Origin: Antedon mediterranea
Taxonomy: Eukaryota; Animalia; Echinodermata
Assembly: GCF_964355755.1 (NCBI RefSeq)
Contig: NC_092671.1
Span: forward strand, 3,410,001-3,474,000
Length of the DNA stretch: 64,000 nt
Direction of reading: 5' to 3'
Shown: positions 11,287-24,300 of the stretch, piece by piece
Position numbering within the stretch: the stretch's first letter is position 1
How the letters are laid out: every line of letters begins with the position of its first letter
Translations under genes and position numbers: made by a program
The notes under the pieces: model-generated
The model's input: the letters and a program-made list of their open reading frames with translations, nothing else
Databases searched by the model: none
Told to the model about the DNA's origin: nothing

Positions 11287-12878
11287 CTATATTAAACTTT
11301 GGAAAGACTGTGTTTGCACCATTATGTCCATAAATTCCTGAGCTGTGACCGTTGAACTTCCCGTCTGGTCTGCTTCTTGTAACATCTCCTTAATGGCCTT
11401 GTCGTTTAACTTAAGTCCGCAGTCATCACAGGCTCTTTTAATGTCGTCGTGTGTAAGAAATCCACGTTTTTCTGAAGAAAAATAATTAATCATTACGATT
11501 CTAATAGTATGAAATTGAAATTTTGTTTCATTTATAAAGAAACGCTGTAATAGTACAATGCTTACATAAATGACGATTTACCTTAGAAAATAAAAGCAAA
11601 AAATGTATTGTGCCATTCTTTTGAAATGCGGCAATGAAATAATATAACACAACAATTGGATATCGGTAAAGTATAATGTACAGTACTTACCAGTGTCCAT
11701 TAACTTAAAACCCTGAAAACAAAAGTAAAATATTTCGTTATTGTATTTATTAATTGTATTTATGTTATGTATGCATTGTTATAGATTTTTTGTTGTGCTT
11801 AACTTCTCGTGATCATTTAGTTCGTCTGCAGGTATTATACGTATACTATGTGTAATTGACTGCTTATATCTATACTTGTTATATTACTAAACATAGATAT
11901 TAGCACGAAATAGTTATCTGTAAATACAAGGATAAACGAGAGAGAAAGATTTGTATGAATCGGAGATGAAACTATTGTTACCTGCATTATCTCATCGTAT
12001 ATATCTCTGCTTTCACCTTGGTAATGTACAACTAGCTCCAAAAACTGTTCAAATCCTATACATCTACAATTGTAAAAGAAGGTAGAATGTATAATGAGAA
12101 CGTTTTATATAAAGATGGTGTACGTTTTCCTCAGACGAAAGTATGCAAATAGGCAGATGTAGGTATTTTACACAATCAATTGTTCTGTATAGATATTTTT
12201 TCCTCGTGCATGCAATTTGCAATTTTATGCATGTTGGTCTATTAGATATTGATTATTCGTAGAACCTCTATTAAGAGGATACCCTTACTAGAGGTTGGCT
12301 GTTATAGTGTTAGTTCGAGTCACAAGGGGTGTCCGCATAATAAAGGGTTAAACTGCATTAGGGTGATGATTTAAATCGGTACGGTATTATATTACCTCGT
12401 TTCTTGAGCTCCCATATCGATCAATGCGTTCTCGATTGTCCTCTTTTTGATTTTGAAACCTAGTACACGCATAGCTCGGTACAGATCGTTTGCTTCGATG
12501 AGCCTGAATAGCAAAATAAAATCGTAAATTAAATTTAATATCGTAAGTTTTTTCATCATGTCGTCATCATGTCATCATCATGTCATCATCATGTCATCTT
12601 ATCATTATTATCATCATCACCCTGGCCTACATAATAATGTCTGTATATTACCTTCGCTCTTTAGTTGTGAATGTGTTAAATACAAATCGTAGATCTCGTA
12701 TCTCCTGTTCTGTGAGCTGTTCTCGTATCGATTCGGTTATACTGTTCGTTTTTGGTTCCTTTTCCAAGTCCAGAAAAATCTGAGTCGCGTGACGTTTTTC
12801 ATCAGTCGATGACGTAGAACTTGTTGAGCCAATCTGGGTACTTTGAGGAGAAATGCTGAATGATTTGTCTTCTTCCAT
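11287..12878 (-). CDS. Centrin/calmodulin-like four-EF-hand protein, 5 coding exons, 207 aa
   Basis: Exons 12878-12652, 12503-12396, 12063-11982, 11712-11691 (22 nt), 11471-11287 join in frame. Motifs LTEQEIRDLRFVF, AMRVLGF, IGFEQFLELV, GFKLMDTEKRGFLT, EMLQEADQTGSSTVTAQEF. Acceptor 1 nt before ATG implies an upstream non-coding exon (candidate donor near 13333). Confidence 0.85.
12259..12357. mobile_element. MITE family C fragment (Tc1/mariner-like, CAGTAGAACC termini, TAAGGGGACAC motifs)
   Basis: GTAGAACCTCTATTAAGAGGATACC...; degenerate relatives at about 3595-3670, 6585-6800, 8020-8180, 18680-18930, 21850-21995, 32046-32260, 52890-52968, 62030-62125. Confidence 0.6.
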
Positions 12879-12996
12879 CCTGACGAATAAAGAGAATGAT
12901 AATTGAATTGTGATGATAGATGATAATAGATGACAACAATGATGATATAACGACCGTTGTAGTTCTAATTGACTGGATACAAAAAAATGTTCTTGT

Positions 12997-13123
12997 TAAA
13001 TTCCAACTCAGACAGCGTCGTACGACGAGTTGAATCACGACGAGACGAGTCGTCTTGAGATAGCGTCGGTCGTAGTTTTTACGTCGTCGTACGACGCTGT
13101 CTGCCAATCTGAGTTGGCCTTTA
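12997..13123. mobile_element. Short palindromic MITE
   Basis: CCAACTCAGACAGCGTCGTACGACGA at left is the inverse of TCGTCGTACGACGCTGTCTG..TCTGAGTTGG at right; TAA/TTA flanks. Confidence 0.65.
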
Positions 13124-14352
13124 CTCCACACCAACTTTAATTGAATCTAAGAAGATTTCAATGTAATTGACTATCCGGAGAAGTATATGCCGCCAATCAC
13201 ATCGTCGTTGCATTTGCGCTACGATACGTCTGCCTTGTTTGCGTTCTATAATGGAAATTAAGTTTCAGGGTGGGTTAATGGCACCAATGCTGTTAAGATT
13301 AAAGGTAGACCTTACAAACGTAAAATAACTTACGTTAAACTTTCTGAAAGCTCTTCAAAGTGAGAATTCTTACCGGAGACTTAATAGGTACTGCTGAATT
13401 TCTTGAAAACTCTCCGTAAACGTTCACAAAATGCTAATGCATTAACGACCACTTTTAAAATGTTATTTATATCTTATTCTAGTTGGGTTGCCAAGACTCT
13501 GTAACCCAGTAAGGCATGTCTGTGTTTGAATAAACTCCTATGCAAATATCGACTATATGGTGTTGAGAATAACTGTACATTTATTTAGGCCTATACGATG
13601 TTTACTTAGTAACAACAGCTAGCTACTTGAGGTGTGAATGAGATGACCCTCTAACACTGTCGATGATAGCTCATCTTCTTTGTCAATGTTAGTTTAAATT
13701 TAGATTCTCTGAATTGAAAAAGACTAAAATGAAATCAAGTTAGTATTAGGTATTATTAACATTATACGATCTATAGAGTTTATTCCTGTAATTTAATATT
13801 ATTTTACAGATTTACAGGCTCTGTAATTAATTGGTCGCACATAACCGATAGAGCATCGAATAACAATTATAGATACCAAATCTGCCGTTACCATAACAAC
13901 ACTAAACACACCAAATGAATTCCTAAACAACAACAAGTAATTTGGATGATATTGCAAATTAATCCGATATACATCGGTATCCAATTTAGTATACAGAAAT
14001 GATTTGGAATTGTTTTTTGTTTTGCTTTGTTTTTTTTTCTTATATTATTCATCATTTATTTAAAGAGATCTCCAGAGAAAAGAAAACATTACAATACAAG
14101 ATCAATACAACTCAAGATGCTCCCGGAGGCGATACGTGAAATTATTAAGTTACAAGCTCTGCAATTATTACACATGCGCATATCTAACTAAAAATCATCT
14201 TTTACATCGAGCACGTATCGTTAACTTTAACGCTATTTCTCAACATGCAACGCGCAAGCTCCACCAACTTTGTAAACAAATTGATCTGCGAACATATTTC
14301 CTACGTTTCCAACGTAGAAGTGTCATCAAATAGAAATTATTGCGTCTGATGG

Positions 14353-14560
14353 AGATGACATAATACACCACAAAAGGGAAATTCCCTTTCACAACATCAC
14401 TGTTGAGAGGTTTCCCACTGGCTTTAGAATTTGCATTTCCGTGTTTGTGATTGGACAGTTGTAAGAATGTTATTTATTAAAAGCAGTGAAGCATAACATT
14501 TGCTTCATTTATATTAAATGACTAATCAAAAGACAAATAAACAGTGTGTTTTGGTCAGTC
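14353..14560. repeat. Interspersed repeat, second copy at about 22248-22490
   Basis: GATGACATAA..CACAAAAGGGAAATTCCCTT..CACAACATCACTG..GCTTTAGAATTTGC..TGTTTGTGATTGGACAGTTG shared over about 200 bp. Confidence 0.8.
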
Positions 14561-14685
14561 CATTCAAAATATAGTTTCATAAATAATATTATTTAGTGTT
14601 AAACTGTAGTCTAATCATGTTGCTATTCCATCAGTAGGATTCAATATTTCTATGTTTTATTTCATACGCATCCAACACTGAGTAA

Positions 14686-14818
14686 AGCTCTGTCTACACT
14701 ATTTGACAAAAAAAGTGTGATATGCCCAAATATGGTAGTGATATACCAAAATATGGTAGTGATATGACATCATCATTTCTATATATGGGCACACTTTTTT
14801 TTTTCCACTAGTTTGATA
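14686..14818. mobile_element. MITE family A copy, right end replaced by (TA)n and a SINE
   Basis: AGCTCTGTCTACACTAT start, two internal 21-bp units. Confidence 0.7.
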
Positions 14819-14838
14819 TATATATATATATATATATA

Positions 14839-14969
14839 AACTAAGTCTCATTTGAGGCTTAGGGAGTGGAGTTGAGTCATGAGTTACAACCCTGGCACTA
14901 GGTTAGGATTGAACCTGGGACCTTGGGATTGGAAGGAATGTATGTTAATCACCAAGCTACAGCTCCACT
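14839..14969 (-). mobile_element. tRNA-derived SINE
   Basis: Minus strand AGTGGAGCTGTAGCTTGGTG (A box) ... GGTTCAATCC (B box) ... CTAAGCCTCAAATGAGACTTAG; relatives at 54528-54699 (-), 19225-19290 (+), 62770-62879 (-). Confidence 0.7.
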
Positions 14970-15777
14970 CACTCAAACAAAATGATATATGGGTATTATC
15001 TACCCACTAACTTGGCTTCATGAACCAGTTATCGCTACCTTTTGTGGGAGATAACCAACTTAAGCTGCATTCACACTTGTTCTGTTTCACAGAAGGGAAG
15101 ATTGCACTATTCAATTCTTGGCAATTTTTTAATACAATCAAAAATATTAATAACAATATGCAAAGACAAAATTTTGATTATACAGCATTTTGTTTAATAT
15201 TATTCACACGCACTAAAATCCCTATAATATGCATAGTACATGTTCATTATAATGCATTTAGCACAAATATCACACTAATCTTAATTTATTGCCAAATGCT
15301 ATCAACTTTACTATCAAAATGAAAGACCAGAAGAGAAAGCCCAACATACAAGCAAAGTTGTTTCATAAACAGAATGCTGTTATAATATATACTGGTCTAT
15401 ACTATGGGCACGATATTACTATATATGGTAATGATTTGACCAAATATGGTCATATTTCAACTGTAGAATATATCATACAGATCCATATATGGCTATGACT
15501 ATACCATATAAGATATATATACCAACATTATATAATTATACATTTGGTTTAGAATTACCATATATGGTCATACTTTCATTCTATATTTGGTGTAGTAATG
15601 CCTTTAATGGACATTTTTCACATAAAGTCATAATTTCAATATAAAAGACCATTCATCATAGATGACACATTATATATAATAATCATTTATTAAGAATTAT
15701 TTTAAAGAGTAAAATGAAAAGGTGAATACTGCTAGTAGGTACTAGGACCCCACACTACTGTACTATTAAAATCTTGT

Positions 15778-16232
15778 AGGGTGTCTAGAAAACTGGGTAT
15801 GAGATATATCTGAATTTAGAAATTTCTGATTTCTGATAAACTCTGTTATCAGATATTCATCAGTTTTTAAAATTTGAATCTCAGAAACAGTATATCTTTT
15901 CTAGATCTAAAAATTTGGATCCCAGATATATCCGAGTCTTCCAAACTCAGATCTCAATTATAAAATATCCAAGTTTTATCTATCTAGAAACTTGTATATG
16001 TATTTTTTAGATCTAAAAACTTGAATCGTCGATATAGTTTTATCTAGAAACTTGTATCTCGCATTATATCCAAGCGCTTTAGATCAAAAAATTCAAATTT
16101 CAGATATATCTGAGTTTTCTAGAACTTGTATCTCAGATATCTAAGTATTCTAAATCTAGAAACTTTGGATCTCAATTGTAGGTTTATAAATCTACTGCTC
16201 GAACTTGGACCTGAGTTTTCTAGACACCCTCC
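15778..16232. mobile_element. Non-autonomous TIR element with 8-9 bp target duplication (Mutator/hAT-like)
   Basis: TIR AGGGTGTCTAGAAAACT / AGTTTTCTAGACACCCT; ATCTTGTAG at 15771-15779 and 16233-16241; interior of degenerate TAGATCTAAAAA/CTAGAAACT repeats. Confidence 0.7.
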
Positions 16233-18340
16233 ATCTTGTAGCATAATTACTACAAAGATTAAGAAAAGTCAAGCTGCTTAAGAAATAATACTGAACAATG
16301 GTGTTAAGCACCATTACGCCTATACAATAATTAAAGCAATAAACGCAACAAGTATATTCAACTATTACAATATTATATTGCCCTGCTGTAATAGTATTTA
16401 ACATAATTATATTGCGAAGAATTAAGCTGCGATAGAATTAGACAAAGAGAAGGTAATGAACAATATAAAAATAAATAAATAAAATAATTTCAAAAATAAT
16501 TTGTTAAACTATTTATATGAAATTATATAATATACTATCATAACAGTATGATAATTTGATATTTCAGTTGTATTTATAACAAAAAGAAAATATAAACTGT
16601 TTTTGTTTACAAGTAATCCCTAAATGTACAATACCCTATTGTAGTTACTGTAATAATAATTATATAGTAGACCCCTCGTTTGGGACATCACTGTATGCTG
16701 TACACTTTCCCATGAAATGGTCAAGTGGCAATATATTATCTTACACACTATTTAGTAGCCAACCCCTAATCTAGACTGTTTTCAGTATAGCACATACTAA
16801 TAAAAAAGCTGTTAAAATACCCGTTATTTAGTCATAAACAAACAATAATATTACCATTATAAAACCTGCTTTCTCTTTACAACATAGCATTGATGGTGAT
16901 CATACCTTTACAAAGGTAATAACAATTCACTTCAAAAAACTATTTACATTTATTTAAAACAAATTGTTAAAAAATGTTTATTTACAATTTGTTTTTATTG
17001 TAAAATTTACTCAATTGGAACACAACAAGAGGAATAAATCTCAAATTTACTTCAAAACTGCAAACTCCGAAAAACAATTTTTAAAGGTGCCTGTGATAAA
17101 ATTGAAACAGCCACAATCAATGAAATCAAATATCTGATATTTTTAAATTGTATCTAATTTTGGTCACCATCAAAATAAAGAAAAGAAAAAAAATTAAACC
17201 AAAATTAAACATAAATGCATATGATTTTATCAGCATTCAGAACATCAAATGACGAATGAATAAAAACGTAATTCATAATTGAAAACAATAATTTTACAAT
17301 ACATTACGATACAAAATAACATTATGGAACATATTACTTCAACAAATACATTTAACAAATAAATAAAAATAAAGTGTTTTGACAAAAGTAAAATTGCAAA
17401 TATTTTAACAATTTTATCTTAGCACAAAATAGAAAAAATATCCAAATTTTCATATTATATTACCTGAATTAAAAAAAATAATACAAATATCAACAATTAG
17501 ATTTGGCAAAATTAGAAAAATAAGCTGTTTTTTTTTGTATAATTGCATTGAAATCACATTTTTTTGATACATAACTTTATATTTGAGTTGTTTTGATTAG
17601 TTAAAAATGTTTTTGAGAAAAAATAAAATGAAAAATAATATTCTGTGTAATGAACATGGTTTAAAGTTACTGCTTCACTTTACAGTGCGTCCGCACATGC
17701 TTCAATTTACTGTTTGGATCACCTCCACTTTATAGTCTGTTCACATATAACACCCTAGTGTGAAATTAATCAAAATGTACAACAAATGTACATATAATTG
17801 CAGTTATGAGAGATTCATAAAAGTATATTATTTTTTTCAAAATCTTGTTTCAAAGTTTGTATACGTTTATCAAATTTTTCAGTTTTCAGTGCAAACTATC
17901 TTCAGATCCAAATACAGAGTAAAGCTTAGTAGAAAAAGAACTGCATGCTCCATAATTATGTATGGTTTACTCATTAAGTTTGGTTCACTTACACGGTATG
18001 GAAGAACTACATTAATTATACTAAAGTAGAGATAATTCTAATGCATAGTATTACAGTATGGTAACTATGCATCAGAATGTCTATGAATATTCATAAGGTA
18101 CTACATCAGTACCAACACAAATACAAGAAACAGAAACAAGATTTATATCTACAAAGATAAGGATAACATTTAAATTTTTCTTTAACTATAGTTTTCATAA
18201 AATTTCTAATGATTCTAAAACAAAGAAGATTTGGCACATATAGAATGTTTATACACAATAATAAAATAAAATGAATTTCAGTTAGATACCATTTACACGG
18301 TAAAAACACTTGTCTATTCTAAGACAAACCATTTTTGTTT

Positions 18341-21300
18341 TTATATAAATTTCTTGAGAGTTTTGATAACATCAGGGTAGACTCGGTTTGCCGCGTCCAG
18401 GCCCCATATGAAGTCCATATGATCATAGTCTGGCAGATTGAGATGTTGCACGATGTTTTGTAGCTTTGGGATGAGATCGGCAACATCTACTGGGTCTGCA
18501 AGCCAATCTTGACCACCGGTGTAAAGGGCTATCGGAACATTCATGTTACGCACAGAGTATGAAGGTGGTTTAGGCTACAAAAGACAACGTAAGCAATAAA
18601 CATCCATGTTATGAAATTGGTCAAGGCAAAAAAAATAATTAATAAAATAATTAATAATATATATTTTTACACTCATCCATGGGACACTCCTATTGAGGGA
18701 GCACTTGCTTGTGAAACGAATTCTCGCTCTCTTCCTTCTCAAAAAAACTTTTCACCATATATCTTTATAAATAACACTGTAATGTAGTATCATTTTTTCA
18801 TTGATGTGATTTTGTGATGTTTTGGGGTTGAGTCAACCATTTTGCACACTGAGTAGGGGTTAGCAGTAGTGTTAAAACATAACTGTGTCTCCCCTTAATA
18901 GGGATGCTCCCTATTAAGGGAAGTACTGCACTATGTATTTCAAAATACCTGTTTATATTTCTTAAGATTTTCATCTTTTCCATAATCATACTTCTGGAAG
19001 TTTCCATCATGGACCATCTAAAAAAAAATCAGAAATATTTATTCAGCGAGAAAGAAAGGATAACATTTTAGGGTATATCTTATGCCTTCTTGTCAAACTG
19101 GATTTACATTTTTATTTATTAAGCTACCTTGAAACATTAAACAAGTCTTCTGCTTGGATTTTATATTTTTATTATTGTACAGTAAATTACTTTTTAAAGT
19201 TGTTATATGTACATCATAATAAATAGTGGATATGTAGCTTGGTGGTTATTGTATCATATATTCTTTCTAATCCCAAGGTTCAATTCAAGACCAATATATT
19301 TGAATAAATTGTTAATCATACATTGTAGTCAATGCATCCATATATAGGGATATATAGGGATTGTTGCATGGACACTCATAAACACAATACTTAGAATTAA
19401 TTGTTATTTAAATAATATTAATAACAATGTCAGGAGTAATACTAGTTAGATAAAAATTAATTAATTCAATACCAACCATTATATGATTCTATTAAGACTA
19501 CCACCAGTCAAATTATAATTACATCATTAATAATCAAAACAAAATTAGCTAAAGTTCGAATGATTTTGATTTCTTACTTTGCTGCACAGAAAAAAATATA
19601 TATACCTGAGCCCAATGGACTACATCCTGGACACTGGTACCAGCGGGACAATGTGTAAAATATACAGGAAGACGAGACTATAAAAAGAATTATTAAAAAA
19701 AATAACAAAATAAGTTTAAAATATCACGTATTTCACATAATTAGGAATAATTCATAGCTCAGGCCTAGGGTGCAGTTCTAGGTGGTATGTCTCTATCTAA
19801 TACCATTTTTTTCACATCTGCAATATGTAACAACTTGTAACAAGTTGTAACCAGGTTTTTCATAGTGTGAATACAACTTTGCTGAAAATCTCTTGAGATT
19901 TCACAGAGGACAAGTTGTTACAGAGTGAGCATGTATTGCCTCAAGTGGTATTAACCAATCATATTAATCAAATAGTGTGCAACTATGCTTTCACCGGAGA
20001 TTTCACAATGGTTTTGTGTGTGAAAAAGTGTAATAAGTTGGGAGATCAAACCTGGTTACAAGTTGTAACAATTTATGCAGATTTGAAAAGGGTATGTGTG
20101 TGTAGAAGATTACCAAATTTAAATGGGCTGTAAATTGCACACATTGGAGGCCTTTTAAACTCGATATAATTTATAAACAACTAGAGGGTACTCCGAGAGT
20201 ACAAACCTCCGCCTACTGTAAAATTCCCCTACATCAAATGCCCCCTGAATATTTTTTTTTTACATTTTTTTTTATTAGTTCTAAGTGTAAATATGTTAAC
20301 TGCACACTACAAAGTTGTGGATGACAGTGTGGTGTAATGGTTATGTATCCAGCCTCTCACAGTTGAGATCGCTGGTTTAAGTCCCACTGAGGGCTTTTTT
20401 TTTAAATTATTTTTTTATTTCTCTTTTTTTTTTGTGGACCTTGATCTTTGACCCTGACCCTTCAAAATTTAATCACAATTATATGATGTGTCATTGATCA
20501 TTGTGGCTAAGTTTGGTGAGAATCTGATCAAAACTGTGGTCTCTAGGCAGTAAAATAGTTTTTTGTTAGTTGTGACCTTGACCTATGACCTTTCCCCTCA
20601 AATTCGAACTCGTCCGGGCTTTTTGGGCATAGATCATTGTGTCCAAATTTGGTTAGAATCGGATAAAAACTGTGGCCTCCAGGCTGTTCACAGACACACA
20701 CACAAACATACAGGGGTGAAAACATAACCTCCTTGGCGGAGGTAATAAAAGCACAGGGAGCAAGATAAACAGCAACCAGGGATAAAAGACAACAACAGAT
20801 CCATATTGTACAGTATACAGTAATTATAAAACCATTAAAAAAAAAAAGATTAAAAAACTAAACGTTCCAAGAGTACGGCAATTAAAAAATCCTGCTTACC
20901 TTGTTTAAGTTTTTATCATCATAGCCGCATAAGATAAAAATTATATTTTTACAAAATAAGAACGTATCAGGTTGATTACAAAGATCTTCGGCAAGCATGT
21001 CTATGAACTCTGTGTTTGGTAGAAATTCTTTGACTCCAAGTATGTCGAAAAGAAACTGAAAGAAAGAAGAATTAATTAAAGCTTCTGATGCCAATTATTG
21101 GAGTATCTTAGCCAATGATTTTTCTTATCATTTTAAATTTTTAAGTGAAATTTTGATTTTGGATCTGATGTTCTTTCGACTTGTGAAAATGTTTTATTGT
21201 TTTATTATGTACAACGATTTCTTGTTAATTCTGGAAGATTTGATTGATTTTTTTGTTTCTTGAAGAATATTTGTATTTGTTATCTGAGGCGCCTTGAAGC

Positions 21301-24300
21301 TAAGGTGATTTCACGTTGTGAAGCACGTCTGTGTAAAATATTGAATGAAAAAAAAAAGGTTTAAAACAATATAGATATATTTTTGTTTCTTTATTTTCTG
21401 CAAGAATGACATCACTTTTTGTTTACCTGTATTTCTGGTAGGAAGGCAGCAAGATAGCGGATAGGACTTTCCATGTGTGTAACATTCGCTACTGGTGCTA
21501 GTGCAATAAAAACGTTTATCTGTAATATAAATAAAAACCAAACAATTAAAAAACAAAGACAAGCTTCTAAAGCTCTGTTTACCCTATCAAACGTTATGTG
21601 ACACAAAAAATGTAAAGTACCCATGGTGACATGATGATGGCATACCACTACTATATTTAGGCATACCACTACTATATTTAGGCATACCACTACTATATTT
21701 AGGCATACCACTACTATATTTAGGCATACCACAACTATATTTAGGCATACCACTATTATATTTAGGCATACCACTACTATATTTAGGCATATCACACTTT
21801 TTTTGTCAAACTAGTTTGACAGAGCTTAAGGAAAAAACATAATGCTGTACTACAGTGGAACTCCTACCAAGGGGACACCTTCAAGACCCATCAAGTGTCC
21901 TCGTAATAGAGGTGTCTCCTGATTAAGAAGTTGTATTCATTTACCCTTGTTCATTTCAAAGGAAAGTGGACTGTCCCTAATGGAGAGAATCTAATGTATC
22001 TGATTTTGTTTAAAAAAAAAACATTAATATCAATATACAAAACATTACCTTTTCAGCAAGTTTTTGGTTATAAGAGAATTCTACGAAGCCCATAATGGTA
22101 CCCTGTGAATGACCTACATAAGACAGTTTAGGCTGTTTGGTTACATTTAAGACGTAATTCACCATCGCTGGAAGATCAAACTCGGCCATTTCATCAAAAC
22201 TATAAAAGTGAAAACGATACTAAGATAAATAAAGGCAGTCAGATGCAGATGACATAACGACATAGCACACACAAAAGGGAAATTCCCTTCACAACATCAC
22301 TGTGGAGATGTTCCCACTAGCTTTAGAATTTGCGTTTCCTTGTTTGTGATTGGACAGTTGTCTTTGTACTCTTGTCAAGGGATGTTATTTATTAAAATCA
22401 GTGAAGCATGACATTTGCTTTATTTTTAGTGGAGTATCAACATGACTAATCAAAAGACCGCTAAACAGTGTACATGGTAAGTCAGACAATTCATTGAAAA
22501 CTATGTCAGACCGAAACACTGTTTAGTATAAAACACATGACTTTTGCGGCAGCTGCTTCTCTAAATTTCACTCTCATAGGCATATCTTCAGATTTACAAG
22601 GAAACCATTAATGTTAATTTAACTTATTCTGGAAAATCCACATTTAATAATACATAAAAGAAAACCCATGAATGTTTGAATAATTATTTTAAAGCTACAG
22701 TACAAATAAAAGAGCAATGTCTATGAAGAATTGAACGCTGCTGTCTTCCGTCTATTTTCGTCCATTAGGATTTTTTTGAAATCCTGGTGACAATGACAAT
22801 TGACATGTAAAACTGTAAAACATAGAATTCTGAAATTAAAACCAAAGCACCTGATCAAATAAGTGCTATTTTGTACTGTACCTCCAAGCCCAAAATTCCT
22901 TTTGATCCGGTTTTAAATAAGTATGGTTCTTTGAGTACGTATTACCACGTACATTGCCTAACCACACGTCAAACCCGGCATCTGCTAGGATATATCCTAG
23001 GCTCTCATTTCGTAGGTTTGTAAGGAAGTTGGTGGAAGAGGCTAGAAGACCGTGCTGCAAAAACACAACTGGCCGTGTTTTATTTGAAGGCTTGTCGTGT
23101 CTTCCGTAGGGAATTCTCTGCATTCCCAGAATAAAACCATCAGGTGTGTGTACGTAGTGAGATTCAGCAGGATAGCCTTTACTGGTGATCAATTCAATCT
23201 GAAAATATAGAATTAATAATAAATTATTGCATACTAATATAAATGTATTATACGGTCCATATATCTATCCATATATCATATCTAGTGCTAATAGGCCATC
23301 CATAACTGCCAAGATAAGAAGGAAGCATCTATCATCAGTTACACAGGCAGATTCTTAGAACAGACAGCCTTTCTTCTTTTATCCATAACTGCCAAAGACA
23401 AGAAGGAATATTATCCATACTCTGGCAGACCATAGAACACTCTGCTTTTGGGTACACAAGACACTCAGTACCAATGGCTTAACATCTTATCCAAAAGAAG
23501 AGGCAACATGGCATCCTAACATGGTACTGGTACTTGTTAGACTTCACAGTCTAATTTCTTAACCTTCCAACCTCTTTTCGTAAGTTTCCAATTTCTTCCA
23601 TTGCTATGTAAAACTGTATCATAAACCCCGTACTCCATACTTTTGGGTCAGCCCACCAACTGGCTGATAATACTGTAGAGGGCAACATCCTAACTAGGTC
23701 GGGTCAATCGATTTGTCGTTGGTCATTGTCTTGACCTACTAGAAACCATCACATCTGTGATGAGGTGGGGAGCAAAGAATCCTCATGTCCCCAGCATGTA
23801 CACAATGAATTAACATGACATACTGTACTAATTACTATATACTTGCTTTACAAATTACTCTTGTGAAAATTATTCATTCTGTCTGTCACTAGATTCATGT
23901 TTAAATACTGGAGTACTACTGTAATAATTCATTAACAAAAAGTCACAAAAACAATTTACGTCAAATTTGAAAGTGCAACAACTAAAACTAAAAGAATAAA
24001 CCCACTAATAAACTTTGTCAAGGTTTCAGTTACTTCCCGATTTAAATCTCCTACTTCAATGTTTTTAAATAGGTAAACTAATTCAATTAGAATTCTTGAC
24101 ATACTATACAGTATTAGCATATGACTAACAGGTACTGTACTATTCTGAACTGGTTTAAACCATACAAATAGGAATTGCAGACTAGAAATTTCGTTTTTTA
24201 TATAGAAAAAAAAATATAGTAGAGTACGGACAGTAGTATTATAAAATGTACAGTACCGTATATTTCGGTGTATAAGTCGCACTTTTGACACGCAAATTTG

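Noticed and set aside
21412-21795. ORFs with CLNIVVV / MPKYSSG repeats
   Set aside because: Translation of the 21-bp minisatellite in a MITE; only 21519-21427 is a real lipase exon.
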